From Felis catus (Eukaryota), in the NCBI RefSeq assembly GCF_018350175.1, contig NC_058368.1:62746001-62810000 (forward strand): a stretch of 64,000 bases of DNA. Reading direction: 5' to 3'. Below are positions 12,936-26,109 of this stretch, in pieces. Position 1 is the first letter of the stretch; every line of letters begins with the position of its first letter. The translations under genes were made by a program, and so were the position numbers. The notes beneath the pieces were generated by a model, which saw only the letters and a program-made list of their open reading frames with translations, was not told where the DNA came from and searched no databases.

Positions 12936-14392
12936 GATTATGTTATTTTCCACATTTACTCTTTTCTTTAGCATTCCTATGTTAGTATACAGCAGACTCA
13001 TCTGTTAATTATTTTATTTTGATTCTACATTTTAAATACCTCTTAAATTGTCACCTTACCTCTCACTGTCACCTCCCTAATTTAGACTCTCCTAGTCTCT
13101 TTCATGGAAAATTTTTTTTTTCATAGGGATATTTTTCGTTGCTTAATATCTCAGGTCTCTTGATGGGATCTTGAAATGTTATAATGAAGATTCAGCAAAA
13201 TTCAACTTTTATTTTAAGGCAGCATGACTGTGCCTTTCCTCCTTTGTGTTCCCATTGCACTTTTTCAGCTCTTCATTATCATACAGAATCTCTTTGTCTA
13301 CATATCTCACAATTCCATTGTTTTACACTATATTGTAATCTCCTTGAAAACAAAATCTAGGAAAATCATGTATCAGACTGGTGCTATCCATGTAATAGGT
13401 TTTTAATCACTAATTGAAGGAATAAATGTTTCCATTTTAAAAAGATTATTTAAAGCATCAACACTTTAACCCAAAGAATTATATCACAGTGAAGAAATGC
13501 CAAGCAATAAAGAAAGTGTTTAGAAACCAGTGTGAATCACACATACAGAGAAAATGTATTTTAACAATCTAGGAAGATAATTCAGAATTGGAGAGTCCTC
13601 ATAGAAGGAAGAGAAATATGCCAGGTAGAGAAAAATTGTATGCCTCAATGTATGAAGTATATCTTTGTTTTTATGTATCAAGTAATCAAAATGTTGTAAT
13701 TATTTGTCATCACTTATTTTTAGACTTATCATAAGAAAATTATTTTAATATAATTTTGCTAATTTTTACCATCCTTTGAGTAATATAAGCACACTTATGA
13801 AGACACCAAGAAGACTGCAGGAATATAGATGAACTTTCTATAAGAGATTAACTCTTTATACTCTAATCATATCACTCATGACTCTGTCAAGGAACAGATT
13901 CTGGAAGCTCTGAGCAACTTAGAGGTTCAGAAAGTGAGGAAGAGCTTCACTGTGAGAGACATGGATAGGAAAGAGAAATGTAAAGAAATGTTACAAATGC
14001 AAAAGTAGTAGATGTTTTGGTGTGGATCTTGAAAGGTACTAAGAGAATTGCTAAATGAATGTCTTAGACATGTCTTTGGAAATATTTAAGAAACATAAGA
14101 CAGCCATAAAAATATCCCAATATACATTTGGCCAAGTAATTATATGTCCCATGTAATAATCCTAACTCCAAAAAAAATAGTCTAGATAAATTCTGATGTA
14201 GATAAAATATTTGTTATCCAGTTACTACAGTAGGAAATAAGTATAAAAATCAAACATTTCTAACATAAAAAGTAGGTAATTAATCTACAATAAATGTCTT
14301 ATATTTCTATTTTTAGTGCTTCTAAAACTCATCTGATGATTAATTTTTCTCTGTCTCCTACTAGCACACTTAAGTATAATAAAGATTTAACA

Positions 14393-14607
14393 AATGTTTT
14401 TGTTTTGGGAGAGAGAGGGAGAGCATACGCATGCATGTGTGCACACATGTATGTGCAAACAGGGAAGGGGCAGAGGAAGAGGGAGAAAGATAATCTTAAG
14501 CAGTCTCCGTGCCAAGTGATGTGGGGCTCAATATCACACCATGAGATCATGACCTGACCCAAAATCAAGAGTCCGATGAGTAACCGACTGAGTCACCCAG
14601 GCACCCC
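14393..14607 (-). mobile_element. Older SINEC
   Basis: Ends gactgagtcacccaggcacccc; aaatcaagagt variant. Confidence 0.9.
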
Positions 14608-15177
14608 AATAAATGCTTTTTGGTATCATAACAATGTTTATGTGATCAAGGCAAATAAACTGTCCTTACTAAATTCAGCCATATATTTAATAGGGCAATA
14701 CTTATATAAAACAAGTTCACCACAAAAATATACATCAAAATAGTTTGAAATAAATATGCCAACACATGTTTGTCATTGGGTAACTAGAACACATTTGGGT
14801 TTTGATTCTTCCTATGATTTTTATTAGTTCTAAAATATTCTATTGTGAACAGAAGTCAAAGTATCTTGAAAATATAAAGTACAGTCAAATTAGTTATTAT
14901 GTAGTGGAAGAAACCTAACCAGTGCCACAATTTTGCCTATAATATAATCTTCAAAAGAATTTATAAGGCTTAAATTTCCATCAAATACAAAAAGAGAGAA
15001 GATAAATTTTTCAGATGCCTTAAAACTTGTTTCAATTTAGATGTAAATTTCTTGAAAGTTTTCTTTTCTAAGTGTTTGCTCCACGGTACTATAGATAGTA
15101 CATGACCTCAAAATTATTTCCTGGTCTGGTCTTGGTTTCTTCTACCTACAATATACACATTTTTTACTCAAAGGGAT

Positions 15178-15715
15178 TGTGGTGTCCACACCCTAAGGTG
15201 ATCCCCCAATAAATTACACCTTTGTACAACTCCCTCTCCTTGAATAAGGGCAGATCCTGTGAACCACTTCTAACCAATGTATAATGGCAAAAAGGAAGGA
15301 ATTTGCAGATGTAAATAAAGTCTCTTGTCAGTTGACTCTGGTTCATCAAGAGAGTTTGCCAGTAGATAGCCTGACCTAATCAGGTAATCCTTTTAAAAAA
15401 AGGGCCTAGTCCTTGCCTGTAGTTAGAGAATGAAACTAACACAAGCATTTCTCTCCATTTCTGTCTCTAAAGAAGCCAGAACTCTATAGCTAAATGAGAT
15501 GAATTCTGCCAACCACCTGAAGCAGCTTAGAAGCAAGTCCTTCCACAGACAAGCCTCCAGATGAGACTAAAACCCAGCCAACACCTGGATTTCAACCTTG
15601 TGAGCTCTTGAGCAGAGAACTCAACTTAAACCAGACTTCTGACTTGTAGAAAATGACATAAGAAATGAGTGTTGTTTCAAGCTATTAACTTTGGTTATTT
15701 GTTGCATGGAAAATT
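15178..15715 (+). mobile_element. MLT1 (E-like) MaLR solo LTR
   Basis: tgtgg start, tttgcagatgtaa, gcctccagatgag, tgttgtttcaagc...ttatttgtt end. Confidence 0.8.
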
Positions 15716-15821
15716 ATCATAAGGATGAACTGGTTATATGCATATCTTTTGAAGTAATGCTTTAAAAGCTATACTAGTATTCTCATTCCACAAATATAAA
15801 GGCATTCTGAACACATTCAAT

Positions 15822-15990
15822 ACATCTAATCCTTACAACAAACCTAGAGGAGGAGTATTAGTATTTTTGTTGTTCGCTGTCTTATTTGAGAAAACTGACA
15901 TTCACGGAGCTCAGAAACATAGCTCCAGAGATTGTGGCTTATACAGGCTTAGGATCCAGGTCTGTCTTATTTTAAAGCTTATCTCTTGCT
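15822..15990 (-). mobile_element. MIR
   Basis: taatccttacaacaaaccta...tgagaaaactgac...ccaggtctgtct. Confidence 0.65.
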
Positions 15991-18900
15991 TATTTCCCTT
16001 CAAGGATGTTCACTCAATGATTGGTATAGGTGATACAATGCTAGTTCATCTGCATATAGAATTGATTACACAGTTAAGAATATCTGGCATAGGGGTGTGC
16101 TTTGTTTTTTGTCTTTTGTTTCCATTATACCTTTGGAAGAAATTTTCTAAACGTATATAGATTACGAGAAAATAAACTCCTAATGGCAAAGTGTTACTCA
16201 TGTAAATGTTTTGGGGATATAATAAGACAAATAATGTTGCAGGTCTAGCTTATCAGGCAAGGATGTTTGCATTCAAGCTGTCAGTATGCCTTTCAGAAGC
16301 TGAATTGCTAAGAATAGGGCAGAACTGGGGCACTGCGTAGAATACAGTGCAGGAGAATATTCCATTAGTTATCATAAGTGAAATCACTATTTCTAATGAT
16401 AAGAAGAGATCAGCTGGGATGACCCAAATAAGTTTTCTGAGAAAAGGTCTATGCCTTAACTGTGCTACTGTGATTAGTGTTTCTTGTTTTACTACAGCAT
16501 GGCTCTCTCTCTAAAGAGATGAAAGAGGCACGTTAGGATTATGTAAGGTGAAAAATTGAATGCAGTTTGTTTTTCATCAGTTTTTAGAGCTTGCAAATCA
16601 CTATTTGAGTCGCATGGCTCTTAGAAAAAACATAAAACTGGAATATCAGGTGTGTTACGACAGAGTAATATATCCTGAGCACACTGTGATTCATCCTGTG
16701 GAAATCATCACAGAGGAAAAGGAACTGAATTGAGGCAGAGGCATTGTTACTAAATGGAAGAAAGGAAATATGTATTTTTAGTCTTGGTTCTCCTCAGTGA
16801 AAATGTGCCAGAGTAAAGTAATGACAAAGTTGGAATCATATTAGCCGTTTTTCCTACCTTCTAAGAATCTAGTATGGTTCAAATGAGACTGTAAGTTAAG
16901 ACACTTTAAATAGCATACAACAGTATATAAATGTAAGGAATTATTGTTATCAAGTTAGACATTCGGCCTACTCTTTTCTTCTCCCAAATACATTTGAAAG
17001 TATAAAAATCACTCATTTCCTTTCACTGGAATGATGACCACAGATTTTGCTTTGGGTGGCTCTCTAGAGGATTTTATGTATAAAGTCCCCTCCGGAATCT
17101 CCAGTTTTATTAAAATCTTAAAATCCATAATATTACCATTTCCCTTATAACCTAAAATTGCTTATGTGATAATTAGGTATATGTGGTTGCTGTTTCCACC
17201 TAGAAATTACAGAAAATTTTCAAGTACTGAAAATTTTATGTTATGAAGGTACAATAAAATAACAAGTGACCAATACTGTTATGGTTGTGATTTGTGGAAC
17301 ACTAAATAAAAGAAACCAGTAATGCCCTAAAAGTGGGCATGGCCACCATAAGATGAAAGGGAATTAGCAGGAGCAGGCCATGAAAAGTTATAAGTATAGA
17401 GGTTTATTTGCTTTGACATCATTCCTTTAACTGTGAGATCTATTCAAAGTTGCTATTATTTGTGTCCACATTACATTCTCAAAAAAAATACATAGACGAA
17501 TTACTATGTCCACATTATTAAAATAAACATAGAAATAGAATCAACACTATTTCCAGGCAGTAGCAAAAGTTTTATTTCCTCCAAATATAAATGACATTGC
17601 CTGTCCCTTCCATTTTGTCAGTACACAGCATCAGGTCATCCAACATCTCCACTCTATATTTTAATTCACTGGAAAAGATTAATGAGCATTTTTTTTAACC
17701 TGACCCATGACAGGTTGTTCCTGACTAACTCCATCTGTCTCTTCATTTATCTTTTGTAACCTTTGTGTTTTTATTCTGTTGATTTCAGAGTTTACTTCAC
17801 ACAGAACAAATCTTTTACTTTTTTTCCAAGCTCAACGTTCCATCTTTTGATCAAGATAGAGTACCTCAATTTCTACTTTACAGAGAGTAAGAGCATCAAG
17901 CAAGAACTATCCCATTTGCCATCTTCTCTACCTTTAATTTACCTCTTTAAACTCATCAGTTCCCATAGTATTCCAGTCATGTCTTTACAGTCTTAATCTT
18001 TCCTCTATTGACCTTGCTCCTTCAATTATATTCTTGCCAACATCTTCAGCCTCTCCTTCTCCCTCAGCTCTTTTATTCTCCATAAAGTTAGGTTTGCCTC
18101 ACTTCTATTTATAAGGGAAAAAAAAAACAAAAAAAAACCTAGAGTTTCTAGTTTAAAGCGTCATCTAAATAATTTCTATCGCCATTCTCTTTTACAGAAA
18201 ACAGAAATAGAAAAATGAAACAATTTTGAAAACTAACTAATAGTCAACCAGTCTCCCAAATATACAAGTATTTTCACTGATCACATGATACATAAAGCTT
18301 AATCAAGCTGCAGCTTTGATGGTACATATATGCTTCACCCTCTAAGGGGGAAAAAATTCTCCTGATTTGCAAGAAGATAGAAAGATGCTACATGCCTTTT
18401 TAGCTTCCCCTGGCTATTTGATGGTGCTGGAAGGAAATCTTGTGGCAATATATTTTTGATATTTTAATGTATGTGACTGAGTGTGTTTACATTTTCTGGA
18501 CATTTGTTCATAATGACAGAAAATAGAAACTAATTCTAAAGGGAAAGATCCTTCCATACATACAGTGATTTTCTGATAGATAATGGAATTGGACCATGAA
18601 CCTTTCGGACATTTGAAAATCTGATTTTTTTACCAGCACATAGATGCCCATCAAAAAGGACCAAGAACAAAATACAAGCAATAATTAGATTCACAACGTA
18701 TCACTTCTATCATGCCTTTTCCCCATTGTCAATTTAATTCAGTATTTAATATGTTTTGGCCATGGACCTCTTTGAGAACTACATGTAAGGCCCTTGATAA
18801 CGTCATTTGCTTAACCTTCTCCCAACATCTATCTGTACTGTCCTCTATTTTATCCCTAACTACTTGAAAGACCAACAATACATCAAGTAGCTTTAGCACA

Positions 18901-19129
18901 GTACCTTGCAAGTAGTAGTTTTCAAAATATGTAAACTCTATCCATTTCCACTGGTTCTTGCTGATCTTAAGGTGTTTACCTATTGGATGATCTTTATGAC
19001 TGATACTAACCTATCTTGAATGCCAAGTACCTTCCCTAAGCTCATTTAAACCTACTAGTTGTAAGTAAGCAAAACCCTTTCTATCTCTCTAGCATAGTTC
19101 ACAGTTTTCATTCTCCATGCTATATGTTT

Positions 19130-19950
19130 TATATTGGTACATGCAAGTAGTGGAAAAATCTGGCTAAACATGATGCCAGTAGGGATAATAGTTGACTTTC
19201 TTAATCAAGAGTCCAAATATAAGAAACGCTCTACAGTTGGAATATTCAGTTACTCAAAATATTTGCAATCACCCAAGGTTTTTCTTCTTTTCCCATAATT
19301 ATAAGAGCTTTTACACTTTATAAGCTTTACTCTTAATGTAAAAGCTTTTTAGGGGTGCCTGCATGGCTTGGTTGGTTAAGCATCCAACTTTGGCTCAGGT
19401 CATGATCTCACGGTTCATGAGTTCAAGCCCCACATTGGGCGGGCTCTCTGCTCACAGCTCAGAGCCTGGAGCCTGCCTCATATTCTGTGTCTCCCTTTCT
19501 CTCTCTGACCCTCCCCTGCTGTGCTCTGTGTGTGTCTCTCTCTCCTAAAAATATATAAAATTAAAAAAATGTTTTTTAATATATAAAAACTTTTTATCCT
19601 TTCCACTGATTATTATTTTAACAAGATACCTACAACAGTTCCAGGAGATAAACAGCAAAATATCCTTGTATTATTTTATTTATAAACTGTGAAGACACCT
19701 CTAGATCCCCTAAAGTCTCTGGGCATTTTATTGACCAGAGCTAAATCACATAGTCATGATTAAATCTATTTAGAGCAAAGGAAATGGAATCCCCTGATTT
19801 TACTAAAATAACAAAGACCAATGCCTTAGGCTTTAGACTGAATTAATCTCCATTGGATGAAGGTGGAAACTCCAACAGAGTTGGTAAATTGTTAAGAAGG
19901 AGGCAGGGTGGAGGGAAATAGATATTGAGTTGGCCACCAATACAGTCTCA
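19130..19950 (-). mobile_element. Old MLT1 (J/K-like) LTR interrupted by a SINE
   Basis: attgaccagagctaaatcacat and gatattgagttggccaccaatacagtct motifs flank the SINE. Confidence 0.5.
19352..19577 (+). mobile_element. SINEC with degenerate TSD
   Basis: Flanked by aatgtaaaagcttttta / aatataaaaacttttta. Confidence 0.93.
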
Positions 19951-20301
19951 CTCCTCTTTGCCTCAGTCAAAATTAAATCTCAAACAAATACAAATGACTT
20001 TATAAAAGCTTTTTATTTGTGATAGAAATCTCAAGTCTCCTCAAAACTGAGAAAGTGATAGTTTGTATTTTTCAAGTGATACTTAAGATTTACCATGTTG
20101 TATTTTTAGTTGTAACTTCATATTTGCATAGTATAAAAGTGATATTAAACTCTCTGAAGATGAAAAATATCTTATTTTTCTTACTATTTCTGTTTTAACC
20201 TAATACTTCACAGAGGAAAATGACACAATGAGTATACTGCCAATATCAGAAGTGTTATATTTACATTTATCTTACGAGTTTTTAAAAATATTCTTACTTG
20301 T

Positions 20302-20515
20302 GGGGTGCCTGGGTGGCTCAGTCATTTAAGTATCTGACTTGATTTCAGTTCAGGTCATGATCTCATGGTTCATGAGCTTGAGCCCCACATCAGGAACTGC
20401 ATTGACAGTGCAGAGCCTGCTTGGGATTCTCTCTCTCCCTTTATCTCTGCCCCTCCCCTGCTCATACTCTATCTCTCTCTCTCAAAATAAATAAAATAGA
20501 CATTAAAAAAATTTA
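20302..20515 (+). mobile_element. SINEC (older subfamily) with TSD
   Basis: TSD tcttacttgt; cttgatttcag variant head. Confidence 0.93.
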
Positions 20516-23500
20516 AAAATCTTACTTGTACCATGCTGTGAAATTTTAGAAAGAGCTTAAACCAGTGGGAAAATGGGTATTTAAGAAAAAACAATCTAAA
20601 ATTCACATGTACTCTAATAGAACAATTTATTTCCCTGGAAATTTTAGATGTGGGGAGGCCAAAGAAGTATGCAACAAGAGACATTTATTCACATAATAGA
20701 TAGCTACGCAATGTATTCACCAATCAGTTAATACAACTCTATGTTTTAAGATTTATCAAATAAGATTATTTAATTATTATTGAAACCGCTTATTTAGTAA
20801 ACTTTAAAACACAATGTACAGCAATAATTTCTGTGATGTTTTTAAGACAGTAGCCAAACTATAGAAACATCTCAGTAGGCAGTGATCCCTTTAGGTGATC
20901 TCCCAAGGCCACATCTTACAAAGATGCATAGATTTGTTTCCCCTTCTTTCACAATTTAGAAATTAGCAAGACCATTTTCATTCGTTTTTAGTTAGGAAAC
21001 ATATTTGCCAAGGTATTCAGGATAAATTAACCAACTAAATCAAAGGTAAATTTTTATAAATTATAGATGTGGTCTTAGCTAATATACATGACCAAGTTTG
21101 AGTTGTGTGAGTAAATTCCTTGCCTGTTTGACATAATTCTATCTGAAACAGATATAGAAGAGGAGAGAGAGAGGGGGCAAGAGAGATGTACATGCTGGGT
21201 TTTATTTTTTTTTTTTTTGAGATGCAGGTGTTTTTAAATTGAAAAGGTGGAATATTTTATGAAGTATGAGAAGATGGAAAGTCAAGATAAATATGGTTTA
21301 TTTAGCAAAGATCTGCAATTAGCAGTTGGAAAGAGAATGACCAAATGGTATTGAAAACCAAATGATGCCTTAGAACAATGATCACCAAATATATTTAGGT
21401 ATTACCCCTGATAGCAAATGAAAACCTGTACCAATACTCCATACAAAACAAATTAAAGAAGAAATATTAAGACTGCTGTTAGGATATGATCCTAGAATCT
21501 GTATATTTATCTGCCCATTTCCTTATTTCATTCAAGGACGTAGCTACTGAAAAAATTCTGAGGATCTCCTGACCATCGAATAGCAGAGTTTGAAAAATGT
21601 GTAAACTTCAGTGAAGCAGAAAGACTCCTGAGGTAAAATAAACTTAGTTATAAAAAATAATAAAGGCAATTTTGGCAGAAGCATAAATCACAAAATGCTA
21701 CTAGATTTGAAAGAGAACAAAAATTTATTAGCAGGAATGAAAAACAAATCAAATAAATATTTCCTAATGAATGTTTAACATATTAATTAAATAGTCTTAT
21801 ACTGAAACAATCTTCTTTTATATAAGTATGCTTAAACAAACATAATCAGGAGAGAGAATAAAACATAAGAGAATAAACTGAAATGTAATTTTACCTATGT
21901 ATCAGCCAAAATCCCTAAATTTTTTTCATTGACTCTGGAGAATTAATGTTATTCAAATCTGAAGAGGAACTCAGAAGCCTGACTTTCCCAAGTTAAAAAG
22001 AGGAAATGACATTTATTCACACTTTGATGTTGTTTTCGTGGAAGATAAAATAAATAAATGGCTGCATATATGTACTTTCTAGCTCTCTAATATGTTTTCT
22101 ACAGCAACAAATATAAAAAAATGAAAATGAAAATATTCCCATGCATCAACAATAAATCTGCTATTGATCATATATGTTTTCAATTTATGTTAAAGCCAGC
22201 ATTGTAGAAAATATTGACAAAAATATACAGACCAGATTAGAAATAAGTATTGGGTACAGCAGTGTGCAAAAATTAGAATGATAAAAGGTTTACTGAACTA
22301 TTATTCTCTGTAGGTGAATTAGGAATTAAGAATGAAAAAAAAATACTGAAAAGGCAAGAGAAATATTCAAAGAAGAAATCAGAAAAGTATTCAAAAGTAG
22401 CCAGGAATTCCCCATAAACCTAGGTTTAAAGGACAAATTAGAGTATTTATCCTTAAATAGCTAATTTTCTCAGAAAGAATAAAGCTTTTACTTGCTTGGG
22501 TTAAATTGGCTTCCTGGTCATGAGTCCTCATCTTGGAAATAAGTGCAACTGCCTTCAAAATAAAACTAAGTGCAGAATGGTAATTCTATAGAGCAGGGGA
22601 ATTTAAAACCCTGTGTGAGTTGAAAAGCTTATGAGTAAAGGTACATTTATCTGCCAAGATCTCAGTGTTGTGTTAAATCCCTAACATTCAGCACTGGAGA
22701 TCTCAGGGGACTGTTGTAGACTTTAATCAAAAGAACATTTTGCAGTTTAGCTTAAAAGGTCAAACTTGCTAACTTATCCTTATGCGATGGTAGTTTAGTA
22801 ATGGTCTAGTAACTTGGCTTGTAGATTGTCATGACCCAGATCATTTTGTGGCAATAGGAAATTGATGTGGATACTTTCAGCCTTACTCAACCATTAAAAG
22901 GAGCATTAGCCAGGCTTTTGTGTCAAATAGAGTACAGCTACTCACAGAAAGAAAATCTAAGAAGTTGCAGATAGAACAGATCCAAGAATATTAAAGCTTT
23001 TTCTTTTTTTGCAAACATCGCAATGTAGCAGAAAAATATAAACATCAGACTTCTTCATGAAGAATGAAAAAAAAGTTATGAACAAAAAGCAGAAGGTCCT
23101 CGGGGAGCACCTGGCTACTGTGTCTATATCCCCATTAGTCCTGAATATTTTCTCCAAAATAGGAAGAAAAGAAAAACTGGCTTCTCACACCTGTACTACC
23201 TGCCTTTCTAAAATAAATATACATAGGTACTTAAAGGTAGGAATGGTTTTTTTAATGAGTTGTCCAATTACACAAATACTGAATGGAAGTTTTGGTACTA
23301 CAAGCCAAGGGAAAAGATCTGCTTCAAAGAAAAATGTTCTCAGAAACCGATGAGAAGTCATGAGTCAGACACTCTTGAATACACAGTATATACAAAGACA
23401 AGCATTGGCTTCTGAATTATCTATGGAACTCAGATTGACTGATCTTGTTATCTGGATGGATTGTACAAATAAATGGGTCAGTACAAAAACCATTAAATAA

Positions 23501-23642
23501 GCAGGACCTTGCAGTACTATATGTGAAAGCAATGTATTTTACAATTTTTTTTAGCTTTTAGTAACAGCAGCTACATAATTTTTATTTGCTTTTCATAAAT
23601 ATCTAGAATATATGGATGAATAAATTCTTCACATAAACATAC

Positions 23643-24171
23643 TGTGGTGGTTTTAAAGTCATATCCACAAGCACTTAAGATACTTCTCCCTCAAGAGGTG
23701 AAACTTAATTCTCCCCTGAGTGTAGGCTGGTTTTTATGAGTCATTTCTAGAGAATAAAATGTGAACAAAGTGATAGGTTGCCTCTTCTGAATTAGATTCT
23801 AAAAAGACTAAAGCTTTGCATTTTGAATTTTCTTTCTCTTTCTCTCTCCTCCTCCCCGCCCCGACCCTCTCTTGAATTACTCGCCTTAGGAGAAGCTTGC
23901 TGCAATCCTATGTGGATACTCTGGGAGTGTGTGGAGAGGCATACTTGGCAAAGAACTGAGGCTTGCAAGATTCACATAACATTGCAAGCAGGTCCTTCCC
24001 CAATCAGGCCCTGAAAAAGACTGTCTGGTCAATAGCTTGACGGTAAGCCATGGGAGACCATGAGCAATGACTTCCCAACTACACTGCTCTTGGATTCCTG
24101 ATTCATGGAAACTGTGCTATAGTAAACATTTGATTTGAGATAACTTGTTATGCAAGGAAAGGTAACTTACA
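23643..24171 (+). mobile_element. MLT1 (F/G-like) MaLR solo LTR
   Basis: tgtggtggtttt start, gattcctgattcatggaaactgtg, ttgttatgcaa...taacttacac end. Confidence 0.8.
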
Positions 24172-24202
24172 CCAAGTGCAATTAGATTAAAATTAATACT
24201 GA

Positions 24203-24262
24203 ATATATATATATATATATATATAAATATATATATATATGTGTGTGTATATATATATATAT
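24203..24262. repeat. (TA)n(TG)n microsatellite
   Basis: Directly visible. Confidence 0.95.
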
Positions 24263-24506
24263 TAATTTCCACAGACTGCATCTATGTAAATAAACAAGAA
24301 ATCTATTCAAGAACAATGATCAAGTGTTCTTCATTTTCACATTAAGCCAGGAAAGTATTTCCCTGATTTTAGTCCAGGCTATTTAGAGAGGTCTTTGGAC
24401 TTGAAAGGGCTGTTTTACTTTGCGGGACACCGACGGCTAACCTACTCTGGCTCACTCAACAATCTGGCCAGGAAGACAGAAGAATACTGAGAGCAGCCTG
24501 GGTAGA

Positions 24507-24691
24507 TTTCTTCCTCCCTCCCTTCCTCCTTCCCTCCCTTCTTTCACCCCTCCTTCCTTCCTTCCTTCCTTCCTTCCTTCCTTCCTTTTTTCCTCCTTCC
24601 TTCCTTCCTCCCTCTTTTCTTCCTTCCTTCCTTCCTCCCTCTTTTCTTCCTTCCTTCCTTCCTTCCTTCCTTCCTTCCTTCCTTCCTTTCC
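24507..24691. repeat. Complex (CCTT)n polypyrimidine STR
   Basis: ~185 nt of almost pure pyrimidine. Confidence 0.97.
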
Positions 24692-24984
24692 AGAAGGTAG
24701 TGATCTTGCCCCATAATGAAAGTGACTTCTATCATCATACTGGAGAGCATACTTCCATTTCATCTCTGTAACAAAAGTAGGATACTTATGATTGAATGAA
24801 ATAAATCAAGTGTGTCATTGAAGCAATACGAATGAAAGAAGTGTATTAAGATAATAATTATCTAAAACATCCATGTATAACACTGAATTTCAAATGTATA
24901 TTAAATAATAGATAATCCTTTTAATAACTTTATCCAACCTATCCATGTCTCTCAATCTATAAATATTTGGATTTCTATGAGTTA

Positions 24985-25210
24985 TAATAACAACTCAGGC
25001 ACATATTAGGCCTTTAATGCCAGCAATCTCATTTAATCGTTACAAAAACTTCTATGAGATAGACGTTACTAAATCCTTTTAAGAAGAAGCTAAGACTTCT
25101 TAAGAAGTCCTAAGAAGAAGCTAAGACTTGAAAAGAGGCCGGAGGTACACAGTCAAGGGGTCAGACTGTGGCTGCATTTCTAGTCTATTTGTTCAGAGTG
25201 TGCATTTCAA
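24985..25210 (-). mobile_element. MIR
   Basis: atctcatttaatcgttacaaaaacttctatgagatag followed by a degenerate core. Confidence 0.6.
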
Positions 25211-25878
25211 GATTCTAAACTGTCCCACACGTGGAATAGAAGAAAAGTGCAGAAATTGGGATCACAAAATATGTGTTCCATTTATTACTCATCTTTTAGG
25301 TAGAGTGATGCTTTCAAGAAAATCACTGAACAAGTTTAGACCTCAACTACTTCCCTTAAGTGTTTGTTGTATTTATTCTTATTCTGAGGAATACCAGGAA
25401 AATTAAACTCATAGTTTAATTGATTGTCCAATCAAGCGTTGTCAGCTAACGCATCTAAAAGGAACCGCATGAAACCAATTGTTCATACCTCTCTGTATAA
25501 AGCCTATGTGAGAGGTTCCTTTCAGAGTTTAGAGCCAAAAAAATGATTCTTGTAAGGTGTGCATAAAAACATAGATATATTTTCTAAAATAAAATCATAA
25601 AATGGTGAAAAGCTTTGGCTGCAATGTTTTGAAATTAATGTGATATGATCACATATATACCCCTCTTACAACTTCATAATTGCCTTTGTCTCTTTTTTGT
25701 CTTGATTCATCGTTTATGTTTAATGTATTTTACAAAATTTGTTTTATATATTTTATATTTATATGTAAATATATACACTATAAAAATGCATATATACATA
25801 TAGTTATGATATTTTTTGTCTCAGTTGGTATATGTTTAAAATATAGTACCTGACATTTAAAAACATTTTTTTAAACAC

Positions 25879-26109
25879 GAGGCGCCTGGATGGCTCAGTC
25901 AGTTAAGCCTTCAACTTCAGCTCAGGTAATGATCTCACGGTTCATGAGTTCAAGCCCAGCGTCTGGCTCTGTGCTGACAATTTGGAGCCTGGAGCCCGCT
26001 GCAGATTCTGTGTCTCCCTCTCTGTCTGCCTTTCCCCCACTTGTACTCTGTCTCTCTCTCTCTCTTTCTCACTAGCTCTCAAAAATAAATAAACGTTAAA
26101 AAAATTAAA
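25879..26109 (+). mobile_element. SINEC
   Basis: Full SINEC body and tail. Confidence 0.95.
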
